Assembly (NCBI GenBank): GCA_035459965.1
Contig: DATHXC010000013.1
Location: forward strand, 2,946-66,945
Length of the DNA stretch: 64,000 nt
Source: Methylophilaceae bacterium
Lineage (GTDB): Bacteria > Pseudomonadota > Gammaproteobacteria > Burkholderiales > Methylophilaceae
Reading direction: 5' to 3'
Below are positions 11,885-20,085 of this stretch, piece after piece. Made by a program: the position numbers and the translations under genes. The number at the start of each line of letters is the position of its first letter. Position 1 is the first letter of the stretch. The notes below the pieces were generated by a model. That model saw only the letters and a list, made by a program, of their open reading frames with translations, ran no database searches and was not told the origin of the DNA.

Positions 11885-13321
11885 ATGGCTGAAAATCAAG
11901 AAATAAAAGAAAGCTTACAAGAGAGCCTGCAACAGGTCATCAGCTTGCTTAGCAAGCACAAGATGATCGAGGATCTTGTACATAAGCAGGATATGCCCAA
12001 GCACCAGCTGGTTGAGAGCTTGGTGCATAAGCAGAATCTTGCAGAGCTACAAAAGAAGCTGGATGTACTGCACCCTGCCGACGTTGCCTATATCCTGGAA
12101 GCATTGCCGCTGGAGCAGCGCTTGGATGTATGGGAGCTGGTCAAGGCTGAGCGCGACGGTGAGATTCTGCTTGAAGTTTCTGATGCTGTACGGCAAACGC
12201 TTATCGCTGACATGGATAGCGATGAGCTGCTGGCTGCTGCAGAACAGCTTGATACCGATGAACTTGCCGACCTTGCGCCAGACTTGCCTAAAGATGTGCT
12301 GCATGGCTTGTTGCATAGCCTGGATAGCCAGAATCGTGAACGCTTGCAATCCGCATTGGCTTATCCTGAAGATGCAGTCGGTGCGCTGATGGATTTTGAT
12401 ATCGTTACAATTCGCGAGGATGTCTCACTCGAAGTGACTTTGCGCTATTTAAGGCGTCTGGGTAGTTTGCCAGATCATACCGATAAGCTGTTCGTGGTTG
12501 ACCGGCACGATATATTACGAGGTGTTTTGCCACTGAAAAGACTCGTTGTAAACGATCTTGATCTGGTAGTTGTCGAGATCATGGCGGAAGATGCCGTGGT
12601 ATTTCATCCTGAAGATAAAGCTGATGAGGCTGCAAAAGCCTTTGAGCGCTATGACTTGGTGACAGCACCAGTTGTTGATGAAAACAACAAGCTGGTAGGC
12701 CGTCTGACAGTTGATACAGTAATGGATTACATCCGCGAAGAAGCCGAAAGTGACATGCTCTCCATGGCAGGTTTGCGCGAAGAAGAAGATTTGTTTTCAT
12801 CCGTGTGGAAATCTGTTCAGAACCGTTGGACATGGCTGGCAATCAACCTTGTTACTGCCTTCCTTGCTTCCCGTGTTATCGGGGTTTTTGAAGGCTCAAT
12901 TGAAAAGATAGTAGCACTGGCCGCATTAATGCCCATCGTGGCGGGTATAGGTGGCAATTCAGGCAACCAGACCACCACCATGATCGTACGCGGCTTGGCC
13001 ATCGGCCAGATAGCTTCACACAATATGAAATCCTTGTTGCTTAAAGAGCTGGGCGTAGGCCTGTTAAATGGCCTGATCTGGGGGAGTGTGCTTGGCCTTG
13101 CAGCATATTGGCTGTATGGCAACATCAAGCTTGGTGCAGTCATGACAGCCGCGATGACGCTTAATCTGCTGCTTGCTGCCATTATGGGGGTGATGATTCC
13201 CCTGGTGATGACTAAATCTGGCCGTGACCCGGCAGTGGGGTCGAGTGTGCTGATTACTGCTGTGACAGATAGCGGTGGTTTCTTTATTTTCCTTGGTTTA
13301 GCAACAATATTCCTGATATGA
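11885..13321 (+). CDS. mgtE: Magnesium transporter MgtE
   Basis: 478 aa. Acidic N-domain, tandem CBS region, and a C-terminal TM domain with IVAGIGGNSGNQ and VTDSGGFFIFLG motifs. Confidence 0.92.
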   Translation: MAENQEIKESLQESLQQVISLLSKHKMIEDLVHKQDMPKHQLVESLVHKQNLAELQKKLDVLHPADVAYILEALPLEQRLDVWELVKAERDGEILLEVSDAVRQTLIADMDSDELLAAAEQLDTDELADLAPDLPKDVLHGLLHSLDSQNRERLQSALAYPEDAVGALMDFDIVTIREDVSLEVTLRYLRRLGSLPDHTDKLFVVDRHDILRGVLPLKRLVVNDLDLVVVEIMAEDAVVFHPEDKADEAAKAFERYDLVTAPVVDENNKLVGRLTVDTVMDYIREEAESDMLSMAGLREEEDLFSSVWKSVQNRWTWLAINLVTAFLASRVIGVFEGSIEKIVALAALMPIVAGIGGNSGNQTTTMIVRGLAIGQIASHNMKSLLLKELGVGLLNGLIWGSVLGLAAYWLYGNIKLGAVMTAAMTLNLLLAAIMGVMIPLVMTKSGRDPAVGSSVLITAVTDSGGFFIFLGLATIFLI

Positions 13322-14604
13322 ACAATGAACTGAATACAGCCTGGCAAGAATTGCTGGTTGATTTATCTAGTGTTGCTATCATCTGGCAACTTGCAGTCAT
13401 AGTCACTGCCCTGGTCGTAGCATGGTCAGTCAATGGCCTGCTTAGAGCCTATGTGATGCGTCATGCCCCCGAGAACTGGAAGATAGGTATAGGTGGTATC
13501 AACCGCGCTTTATTCCCACTGACCTCACTGGCTATCGTTTATATCGGCCAGCTGGTTTTGCACAATTGGCAACATACTAGTCTGTTGGGCTTAACTTCCA
13601 AACTGCTGATCGCAATGGCGGCAATACGACTGGCTGTTTATGCCTTGCGTTATATATTTGCGCCTGGCGGTTGGGTGCGGGCCATGGAAAGTGCAATTTC
13701 CTCAACTGTATGGGTCATATTGGCACTGCACCTGACCGGGCTTTTACCTGATCTGTTACAAGCCATGGATGATGTCACGTTTAAAGTGGGTAAAAATCCA
13801 GTCACATTGCTACTGGTTATTCAGGCAATCCTGACTATATTAATTACCCTGGTGATCGCGCTTTGGGTCAGCCGAGTTCTGGAGAACAGGCTGATGGCTA
13901 CTCAGCAGATCAATATGAATCTGCGTGTGGTGTTGAGTAAGCTAATACGCATTATCTTCCTGGTGCTTGCCATATTGATGGCCTTGTCTACGGTAGGGTT
14001 GGATATCACCGTGTTATCAGTATTTGGCGGGGCGCTAGGTGTTGGCCTGGGCTTTGGTCTGCAGAAAATCGCAAGTAATTATGTGAGCGGATTTATTATA
14101 CTGCTGGATCATTCCATGAATATTGGCGATGTGATCACAGTCGATGGGCATTACGGCATCGTCAGTGAGTTGCGTTCGCGTTATATGGTGCTGCGCAAGC
14201 TGGATGGAACACAGGTGGTGATTCCACATGAGATACTCATTACTAATGCAGTCATTAACCATTCATTTACTGACCGCAATGCGCGAATATTGTTACCTAT
14301 ACAGGTAAGTTATGAAAGCTCACTTGAGCAAGCCATGGCACTCATGCTGGATATCGCGCAGCGTCATGCCCGCGTGCTGATGGATCCAGCGCCCAATGTG
14401 CAGATCAAAGGGTTTGGCGAAAGTGGTATAGACCTGCAGCTATCTTGCTGGATCCCAGATCCGGAAGCTGGTTCTGCAGGTTTGCAGTCGGAATTATTTC
14501 TCGAAATCTGGCAGGTGTTCCAAAAGAACAATATATCAATTCCATATCCGCAAAGGGAAATCAGGATACTTGGGACGGCTAATGTTCAAACAAACGCTGG
14601 ATAG
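13318..14604 (+). CDS. Mechanosensitive ion channel family protein (MscS-like)
   Basis: 428 aa. Multiple N-terminal TM helices, then LQKIASNYVSGFIILLDHSMNIGDVITVDG, which is MscS pore-helix/beta-domain signature. Its start overlaps the mgtE stop (ATGA). Confidence 0.85.
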   Translation: MNNELNTAWQELLVDLSSVAIIWQLAVIVTALVVAWSVNGLLRAYVMRHAPENWKIGIGGINRALFPLTSLAIVYIGQLVLHNWQHTSLLGLTSKLLIAMAAIRLAVYALRYIFAPGGWVRAMESAISSTVWVILALHLTGLLPDLLQAMDDVTFKVGKNPVTLLLVIQAILTILITLVIALWVSRVLENRLMATQQINMNLRVVLSKLIRIIFLVLAILMALSTVGLDITVLSVFGGALGVGLGFGLQKIASNYVSGFIILLDHSMNIGDVITVDGHYGIVSELRSRYMVLRKLDGTQVVIPHEILITNAVINHSFTDRNARILLPIQVSYESSLEQAMALMLDIAQRHARVLMDPAPNVQIKGFGESGIDLQLSCWIPDPEAGSAGLQSELFLEIWQVFQKNNISIPYPQREIRILGTANVQTNAG

Positions 14605-14673
14605 CCTGTCCCGGTTGGCGTAAAGTAATACACAAATAATAATATTTATTTGCAGTTTCTGAGGGGTTAGTAC

Positions 14674-15858
14674 ATGAATTTCTGGTTAGTCGATTTGCCA
14701 TGGTGGGGCTATATATTAGTCGTCCTGAGTTTGACGCATATCACAATTGCTGCCGTCACCATCTTCCTGCATAGATACCAAGCCCATAGAGCGTTGGACC
14801 TGCACCCTTTAGTCAGCCACTTTTTCAGATTCTGGCTCTGGATGACTACCGGTATTGTGACTAAGGAGTGGGCGGCTATCCACCGCAAGCATCACGCACG
14901 CTGTGAAACTGAGGAAGATCCGCACAGCCCGCAAGTGCTCGGCATATATAAGGTCTTGTTCGAAGGTTATGAGCTTTATCGTCAGGAAGCAAAAAATCAG
15001 GAAACGCTGGTTAAATTTGGTAGTGGTACGCCTGATGACTGGCTGGAGCGCAATGTCTACAGCAGGCATAGTGGGGTTGGGATCGTCATTATGCTGCTGA
15101 TCAATTTAATAGTGTTCGGGCCCGTCGGACTAACTATCTGGGCCATACAAATGGCATGGATACCAGTTAATGCAGCTGGTATTATCAATGGCATCGGTCA
15201 TTTCTGGGGCTATCGCAATTTTGCGGCTGATGATGCCAGCAGGAATATTCTGCCATGGGGTATTTTTATCGGTGGTGAAGAGTTACACAATAACCATCAT
15301 GCCTATGCCAGTTCGGCCAAGCTTTCCAGCAAATGGTATGAGTTCGATATTGGCTGGATGTATATCCGCATCATGCAGTTATTGAAGTTAGCCCACGTTA
15401 AGAAAATCGCCCCCCAGGTGCGCTTTGACTGGGCCAAGCGCAAATGTGATCAGGATACACTGCAAGCTGTAATTACCCATCGTTTTGATGTGATGGGTAA
15501 ATACGGTGCCATGCTCAAAAAGGCTTATAAAGAAGAAATTAATAAGCTGCATGCCTCCTATCAACATCATGGGCATGATTCAAAGGTATTGGAACGTTTA
15601 CGCCACTGGCTGCATCTGGATGCGAATAACCTGCAAGACAAGGAAAAGCTTGCCCTCGCCAGCATGCTGCAACACAGCGTACGCCTGCAAACAATTTATG
15701 AGCTGAAGCAAGAGTTGACCAGGGTGTGGGCACGCTCTACGGCAAGCCAGGAACAGTTATTGAAGGATCTTGAGGCATGGTGCTACCGCGCTGAGCAAAG
15801 CGGCATACAGGCGCTGGAAGAGTTTTCGCGTCGTTTGCGTTGTTACAAAATGGCTTAA
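14674..15858 (+). CDS. Membrane fatty-acid (acyl-lipid/acyl-CoA delta-9 type) desaturase
   Basis: Histidine boxes HRYQAH, HRKHHA and HNNHH are present. The 394-aa length resembles DesA-type phospholipid desaturases. Confidence 0.85.
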   Translation: MNFWLVDLPWWGYILVVLSLTHITIAAVTIFLHRYQAHRALDLHPLVSHFFRFWLWMTTGIVTKEWAAIHRKHHARCETEEDPHSPQVLGIYKVLFEGYELYRQEAKNQETLVKFGSGTPDDWLERNVYSRHSGVGIVIMLLINLIVFGPVGLTIWAIQMAWIPVNAAGIINGIGHFWGYRNFAADDASRNILPWGIFIGGEELHNNHHAYASSAKLSSKWYEFDIGWMYIRIMQLLKLAHVKKIAPQVRFDWAKRKCDQDTLQAVITHRFDVMGKYGAMLKKAYKEEINKLHASYQHHGHDSKVLERLRHWLHLDANNLQDKEKLALASMLQHSVRLQTIYELKQELTRVWARSTASQEQLLKDLEAWCYRAEQSGIQALEEFSRRLRCYKMA

Positions 15859-15883
15859 GATTAAGAGTAAATATATAGCCAAT

Positions 15884-15911
15884 AAAAAAGCCCGCATTTG
15901 CGGGCTTTTTT
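15884..15911. terminator. Bidirectional intrinsic terminator (desaturase / rpmG convergent)
   Basis: AAAAAAGCCCGC-ATTT-GCGGGCTTTTTT. Confidence 0.85.
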
Positions 15912-15925
15912 ATGCACTGAAAATA

Positions 15926-16081
15926 TTATTTCAGTTTTGTTTCTTTATACAGCACATGCTTGCGAGCAACTGGATCAAATTTCTTGATTTCCATTTTTTC
16001 TGGCATGGTGCGCTTGTTCTTGGTAGTGGTGTAAAAGTGACCAGTACCGGCGCTTGATTCTAACTTGATTTTTTCACGCAT
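15926..16081 (-). CDS. rpmG: 50S ribosomal protein L33 (not in ORF track, 51 aa)
   Basis: My own translation gives [51 protein letters not shown], with AAGGA upstream, lying downstream of rpmB as usual. Confidence 0.93.
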   Translation of the reverse strand: MREKIKLESSAGTGHFYTTTKNKRTMPEKMEIKKFDPVARKHVLYKETKLK

Positions 16082-16118
16082 TATCGTTTTCCTTAATTAG
16101 GCTGAATGTATCAGCGCC

Positions 16119-16355
16119 TTAAATCTTTTCGCCGCGTTCGCGCATACCAGCCAGAACAGAGTCAATACCGTTCTTGTCGATTGTACGCAATGCAGCGTTA
16201 GTGATGCGCATACTTACCCAGCGATTTTCGCTCTCAACCCAGAATTTGCGGTTTTGCAAATTAGGTAAAAAACGACGCTTGGTTTTGTTATTAGCGTGAG
16301 AAACATTGTTCCCAACCATCGGCTTTTTGCCGGTTACCTGACATACGCGAGCCAT
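16119..16355 (-). CDS. rpmB: 50S ribosomal protein L28
   Basis: [34 protein letters not shown]... bL28. Confidence 0.96.
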   Translation of the reverse strand: MARVCQVTGKKPMVGNNVSHANNKTKRRFLPNLQNRKFWVESENRWVSMRITNAALRTIDKNGIDSVLAGMRERGEKI

Positions 16356-16489
16356 GCTAAATCTCCAATATTAAATCTTTACAGCTTGCCGAAATTCGAA
16401 AGACCGCATTTATACCATGAAAAGGCGAGCTAATTCAAGTTAATTATGGTCTTTTTGCATTGAATTGCGACTATTAGAAGAAAGCACGC

Positions 16490-16942
16490 TCAATGCTTAC
16501 CGGTACTACCGAAGCCACCTTCACCCCTGTCACTAATGGCAAAATCTTCCACTATATTAAAACTCGCCTGGATCACTGGCACGATGACCAGTTGCGCAAT
16601 ACGCTCCATGGGGTTGAGCATGAAAGATTCTTTACCACGGTTCCAGCAAGACACCAGCAATTGCCCCTGATAGTCGGAATCAATCAAGCCGACCAGGTTG
16701 CCCAGCACGATGCCATGCTTATGACCAAGCCCGGAGCGCGGCAAAATCAGGGCAGCATAACCAGGGTCGGATAAATGAATCGCCATACCGGTGGGGATAA
16801 GCTGGGTTTCACCTGGCTGCAAAGTGGCCACATGCTCAAGGCAAGCGCGCAAATCCAGGCCTGCTGAACCGGGCGTCGCATAGGCTGGCATCAGGTCTTT
16901 GAGGCGCTCATCAAGTATTTTCAGATCAACTTTAAGGCTCAT
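16490..16942 (-). CDS. dut: dUTP diphosphatase
   Basis: Starting at the internal Met gives [14 protein letters not shown]...[13 protein letters not shown]...GFGSTGKH (150 aa). The track ORF carries a 16-codon extension that would overlap coaBC. Confidence 0.93.
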   Translation of the reverse strand: MSLKVDLKILDERLKDLMPAYATPGSAGLDLRACLEHVATLQPGETQLIPTGMAIHLSDPGYAALILPRSGLGHKHGIVLGNLVGLIDSDYQGQLLVSCWNRGKESFMLNPMERIAQLVIVPVIQASFNIVEDFAISDRGEGGFGSTGKH

Positions 16943-16961
16943 GGCTTTATTCTCGCAATTG

Positions 16962-18149
16962 TCAGGGTTTGTTGAGCATATTGGCGACATGTTGCAACAG
17001 CATGCGCGCTAATACAATTTTCGGTGCCAGCGGTAGTTCGTGGCTGCCTTGATCATCAAGCAAGGTCAGCCTGCTCTCATCTTTTCCCAAACTATCGGTG
17101 GCGATATTGGCTGCGATAAGTGGCAGGTTTTTGCGTTTGCGCTTTTCTTCTGCGTATTCGAGCAGGTGTTCACTTTCCGCGGCAAACCCCACGCAAAAAG
17201 GTGCATTCGGCAGTTTTGCAACGCTCGCCAGGATATCCTCATTTGGGGTCAGTTCGAGCATCATGGCTGCATGACTTTTCTTGATTTTTTGCTCGCTGGG
17301 TTTTGTCGGGCGGTAGTCTGCAACCGCAGCCACACTAATAAAAATATCCTGGTCGGCGATATTGTGCATCACCGCATCAAGCATATTTTCAGCACTAGTC
17401 ACCTGTATGGTATTGATGTTTCCTGCTGTAGCCAAAGCGGTTGGCCCGCTGACTAAAAGTACCTTGGCACCCATCTCGTAAGCTGCTTGCGCAATACTGT
17501 AACCCATCTTGCCGGAACTGAAATTGGTAATGGCACGTACAGGGTCTATGGCCTCTACGGTTGGCCCAGCGGTGATTAAAATGCGTTTGCCATTGAGTAT
17601 CTTGGGCTGAAAGCTGGTTTCGAGTTCAGCGAGTAAATCCTGAGGCTCCAGCATGCGACCTTGGCCCACTTCGCCACAAGCCTGCTCACCGCTATCCGGG
17701 CCAGCTATCAATATGCCATCCTGCCGTAATTGCGCAACGTTGCGTTGGGTCGCCGGGTTTTCCCACATCTGACGATTCATGGCCGGCGCCACTATTAACG
17801 GACATTCCCTGGCCAGACAAAGTGTAGAGAGCAAATCATCTGCCGCGCCATGTACAAGCTTGGCCATAAAGTCAGCACTGGCAGGCGCAACAAGGATGGC
17901 ATCCGCCCGGCGTGACAGCTCAATATGCGGCATGCCATTGGCAATGCTGGCATCCCACATGCTGGTATAAACAGGCCTGCCAGATAGCGCCTGCATGGTC
18001 ACAGGCGTGATGAAATGGCACGCAGCTTGTGTCATGACGACTTGTACTTCCATGCCCTGCCTCACCAGCAAGCGCACCAGCTCCGCGGCCTTATAAGCTG
18101 CTATGCCGCCGGTGATGCCTAAAACGATGTGTTTGATGGGTGAAGTCAT
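16962..18149 (-). CDS. coaBC: Bifunctional phosphopantothenoylcysteine decarboxylase / phosphopantothenate-cysteine ligase
   Basis: 395 aa. N-terminal flavoprotein domain ([15 protein letters not shown]) and C-terminal CoaB domain ([25 protein letters not shown]). Confidence 0.95.
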   Translation of the reverse strand: MTSPIKHIVLGITGGIAAYKAAELVRLLVRQGMEVQVVMTQAACHFITPVTMQALSGRPVYTSMWDASIANGMPHIELSRRADAILVAPASADFMAKLVHGAADDLLSTLCLARECPLIVAPAMNRQMWENPATQRNVAQLRQDGILIAGPDSGEQACGEVGQGRMLEPQDLLAELETSFQPKILNGKRILITAGPTVEAIDPVRAITNFSSGKMGYSIAQAAYEMGAKVLLVSGPTALATAGNINTIQVTSAENMLDAVMHNIADQDIFISVAAVADYRPTKPSEQKIKKSHAAMMLELTPNEDILASVAKLPNAPFCVGFAAESEHLLEYAEEKRKRKNLPLIAANIATDSLGKDESRLTLLDDQGSHELPLAPKIVLARMLLQHVANMLNKP

Positions 18150-18249
18150 GTTAAATTTCTAGGTGATGGCATTATTTTAACCCAGCAAACTGATCGTCGG
18201 GTTAAATACCAGAATCTGCGATATTGAACAGGAACAACAATAAAAACTT

Positions 18250-19014
18250 ATGTGGCGTAAATTAAGGATCGCGATTTTATTATTCGTACTGGCGACAGTG
18301 GCACACCGTACATGGCTGCAAACCAGCCAGACCGACTGGAAGAAAAGCCTGTATGTCGCGGTGTACCCCATCAATATGGATGGCAGTGATGTCTCGGCTA
18401 GCTACATATCCAGACTCGATGCAGAGCAGTTCGATGAGATTGTTCAATATTATGCAGAGGAGGCTGCTCGCTATAAGCTCGTATTAAGACGCCCGTTTGA
18501 AGTACGCCTCGCGCCCAAAGTGACTGCATTGCCACCCCAGCCTGAAAAGCATGCCAGCATGCTGCAAACCATCCATTGGAGTCTCAGCTTCCGCTGGTGG
18601 GCGTATCGAAATAGTCCGCCTATCACTGTGCCGCCGGATATCAAACTTTACCTGCTGTATTTCGATCCGGCCACGCATCCGGTATTGCCGCATTCAACTG
18701 CGCTTAGCAAGGGGCGTGTCGGGCTGGTCAATGTGTTTGCCAGCAAAGCCTATAGCAGGCAAAACAACGTCATCATCGCGCATGAGTTACTGCATACGGT
18801 TGGTGCAACGGATAAATATGATTTATATAATAATCAGCCCGCTTATCCCACGGGATTTGCTGCGCCGGATAAGTCGCCACTTTACCCTCAGGAATTTGCC
18901 GAGTTGATGGCAGGGCGCATACCTGTTTCTGAAACCAGGGCAGAGATTCCGTTGAATCTTTCGCATACTCTGGTTGGAGGAGTAACGGCCAGAGAAGTAG
19001 GCTGGAAAAAATAA
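18250..19014 (+). CDS. Membrane-anchored hypothetical protein with HExxH motif (putative zinc metallohydrolase)
   Basis: N-terminal hydrophobic helix IAILLFVLATVA, then the motif IIAHELLHTVGATDKYD. I recognise no named family. Confidence 0.5.
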   Translation: MWRKLRIAILLFVLATVAHRTWLQTSQTDWKKSLYVAVYPINMDGSDVSASYISRLDAEQFDEIVQYYAEEAARYKLVLRRPFEVRLAPKVTALPPQPEKHASMLQTIHWSLSFRWWAYRNSPPITVPPDIKLYLLYFDPATHPVLPHSTALSKGRVGLVNVFASKAYSRQNNVIIAHELLHTVGATDKYDLYNNQPAYPTGFAAPDKSPLYPQEFAELMAGRIPVSETRAEIPLNLSHTLVGGVTAREVGWKK

Positions 19015-19035
19015 TAAAAAATACAGGAGGAAAGT

Positions 19036-19710
19036 ATGGCGATTACCGATTGGCCTGAGCAAGAGCGTCCTCGTGAGAAGTTGCTTCAACAAGGTGTAAC
19101 AGTATTATCGGATGCAGAGCTACTGGCCATATTTTTGCGGGTAGGCGTTACCGGTAAAAGTGCTGTCGATCTGGCACGTGATCTACTCACAAGATTCGGT
19201 AGCCTCAATGGTATTTTCTCTGCAAGCCTGGAGGAAATTAACCAGGTGCATGGCATGGGCACTAGCAAATACGCACAATTGCAGGCCATTTTTGAAATGA
19301 GTCGCCGCGCATTGGCAGAGGAGATGCAAGAGCGGGATGTGCTCAGTTCGCCAAAACAAGTGAGGGACTACTTATGCCTCAAGCTAGGTGCCCTCACGCG
19401 TGAAGTGTTTATGGTGTTGTTTCTCGATGCGCAAAATCGCGTGCTGGCGCAAGAGTCCATGTTTGAAGGTACGCTTACGCAAACCAGCGTTTACCCGAGG
19501 GAAGTTGTGAAACGCGCCTTACATCACAACGCTGCATCCGTCATATTCGCGCACAATCATCCATCAGGCATTGCCCAGCAAAGCCGGGCGGATGAGTTGC
19601 TGACTACTGCGTTAAAACAGGCTTTGGCCTTGGTAGATGTGCGGGTGCTGGACCACTTTATTGTAGCGGGAAATAATACTTTGTCTTTTGCAGAGAGAGG
19701 CTTGCTCTAG
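19036..19710 (+). CDS. radC: RadC-family JAB/MPN domain protein
   Basis: 224 aa. [11 protein letters not shown], helix-hairpin-helix region, and the JAMM-like HNHPSG motif. Confidence 0.9.
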   Translation: MAITDWPEQERPREKLLQQGVTVLSDAELLAIFLRVGVTGKSAVDLARDLLTRFGSLNGIFSASLEEINQVHGMGTSKYAQLQAIFEMSRRALAEEMQERDVLSSPKQVRDYLCLKLGALTREVFMVLFLDAQNRVLAQESMFEGTLTQTSVYPREVVKRALHHNAASVIFAHNHPSGIAQQSRADELLTTALKQALALVDVRVLDHFIVAGNNTLSFAERGLL

Positions 19711-19765
19711 CAGGCAATAAACATGCGCCTTCCAGCCATGCCTGATTCCCCTTAAAAGCGCTAGC

Positions 19766-20071
19766 TTAACGCCCTTTGCCGCTTAAAGAGCCGCGATTGA
19801 AATCTTTATCTCCGGGCTTTATGCATCCACCCAAACCGAAATGACCGCCTTGCGTGCCTGGTGGGCAAACCTGATTTTCCGGATATTGCTTGGAAATTTT
19901 TTCAGCTTCTACCGCTTTTTTGGTTTCGACGAATTCCCAGCGGCCGTTGGGGTGAAGTGTCACCTTATCACCATTAGGGGTGGTGGCTTCTACGTCACTG
20001 CCCATGTCTGCGGCGATGGTAGGTGCACCGATCATCAGGCTCAGGAATAGGCTTAAGCAAAATTTATTCAT
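19766..20071 (-). CDS. Small secreted protein of unknown function (signal peptide)
   Basis: 101 aa. MNKFCLSLFLSLMIGAPTIAAD is a signal peptide, and the C-terminal half contains two Cys. It starts 14 nt after the nasA stop on the same strand. Confidence 0.6.
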   Translation of the reverse strand: MNKFCLSLFLSLMIGAPTIAADMGSDVEATTPNGDKVTLHPNGRWEFVETKKAVEAEKISKQYPENQVCPPGTQGGHFGLGGCIKPGDKDFNRGSLSGKGR

Positions 20072-20085
20072 TAGTTACTCTCTTA

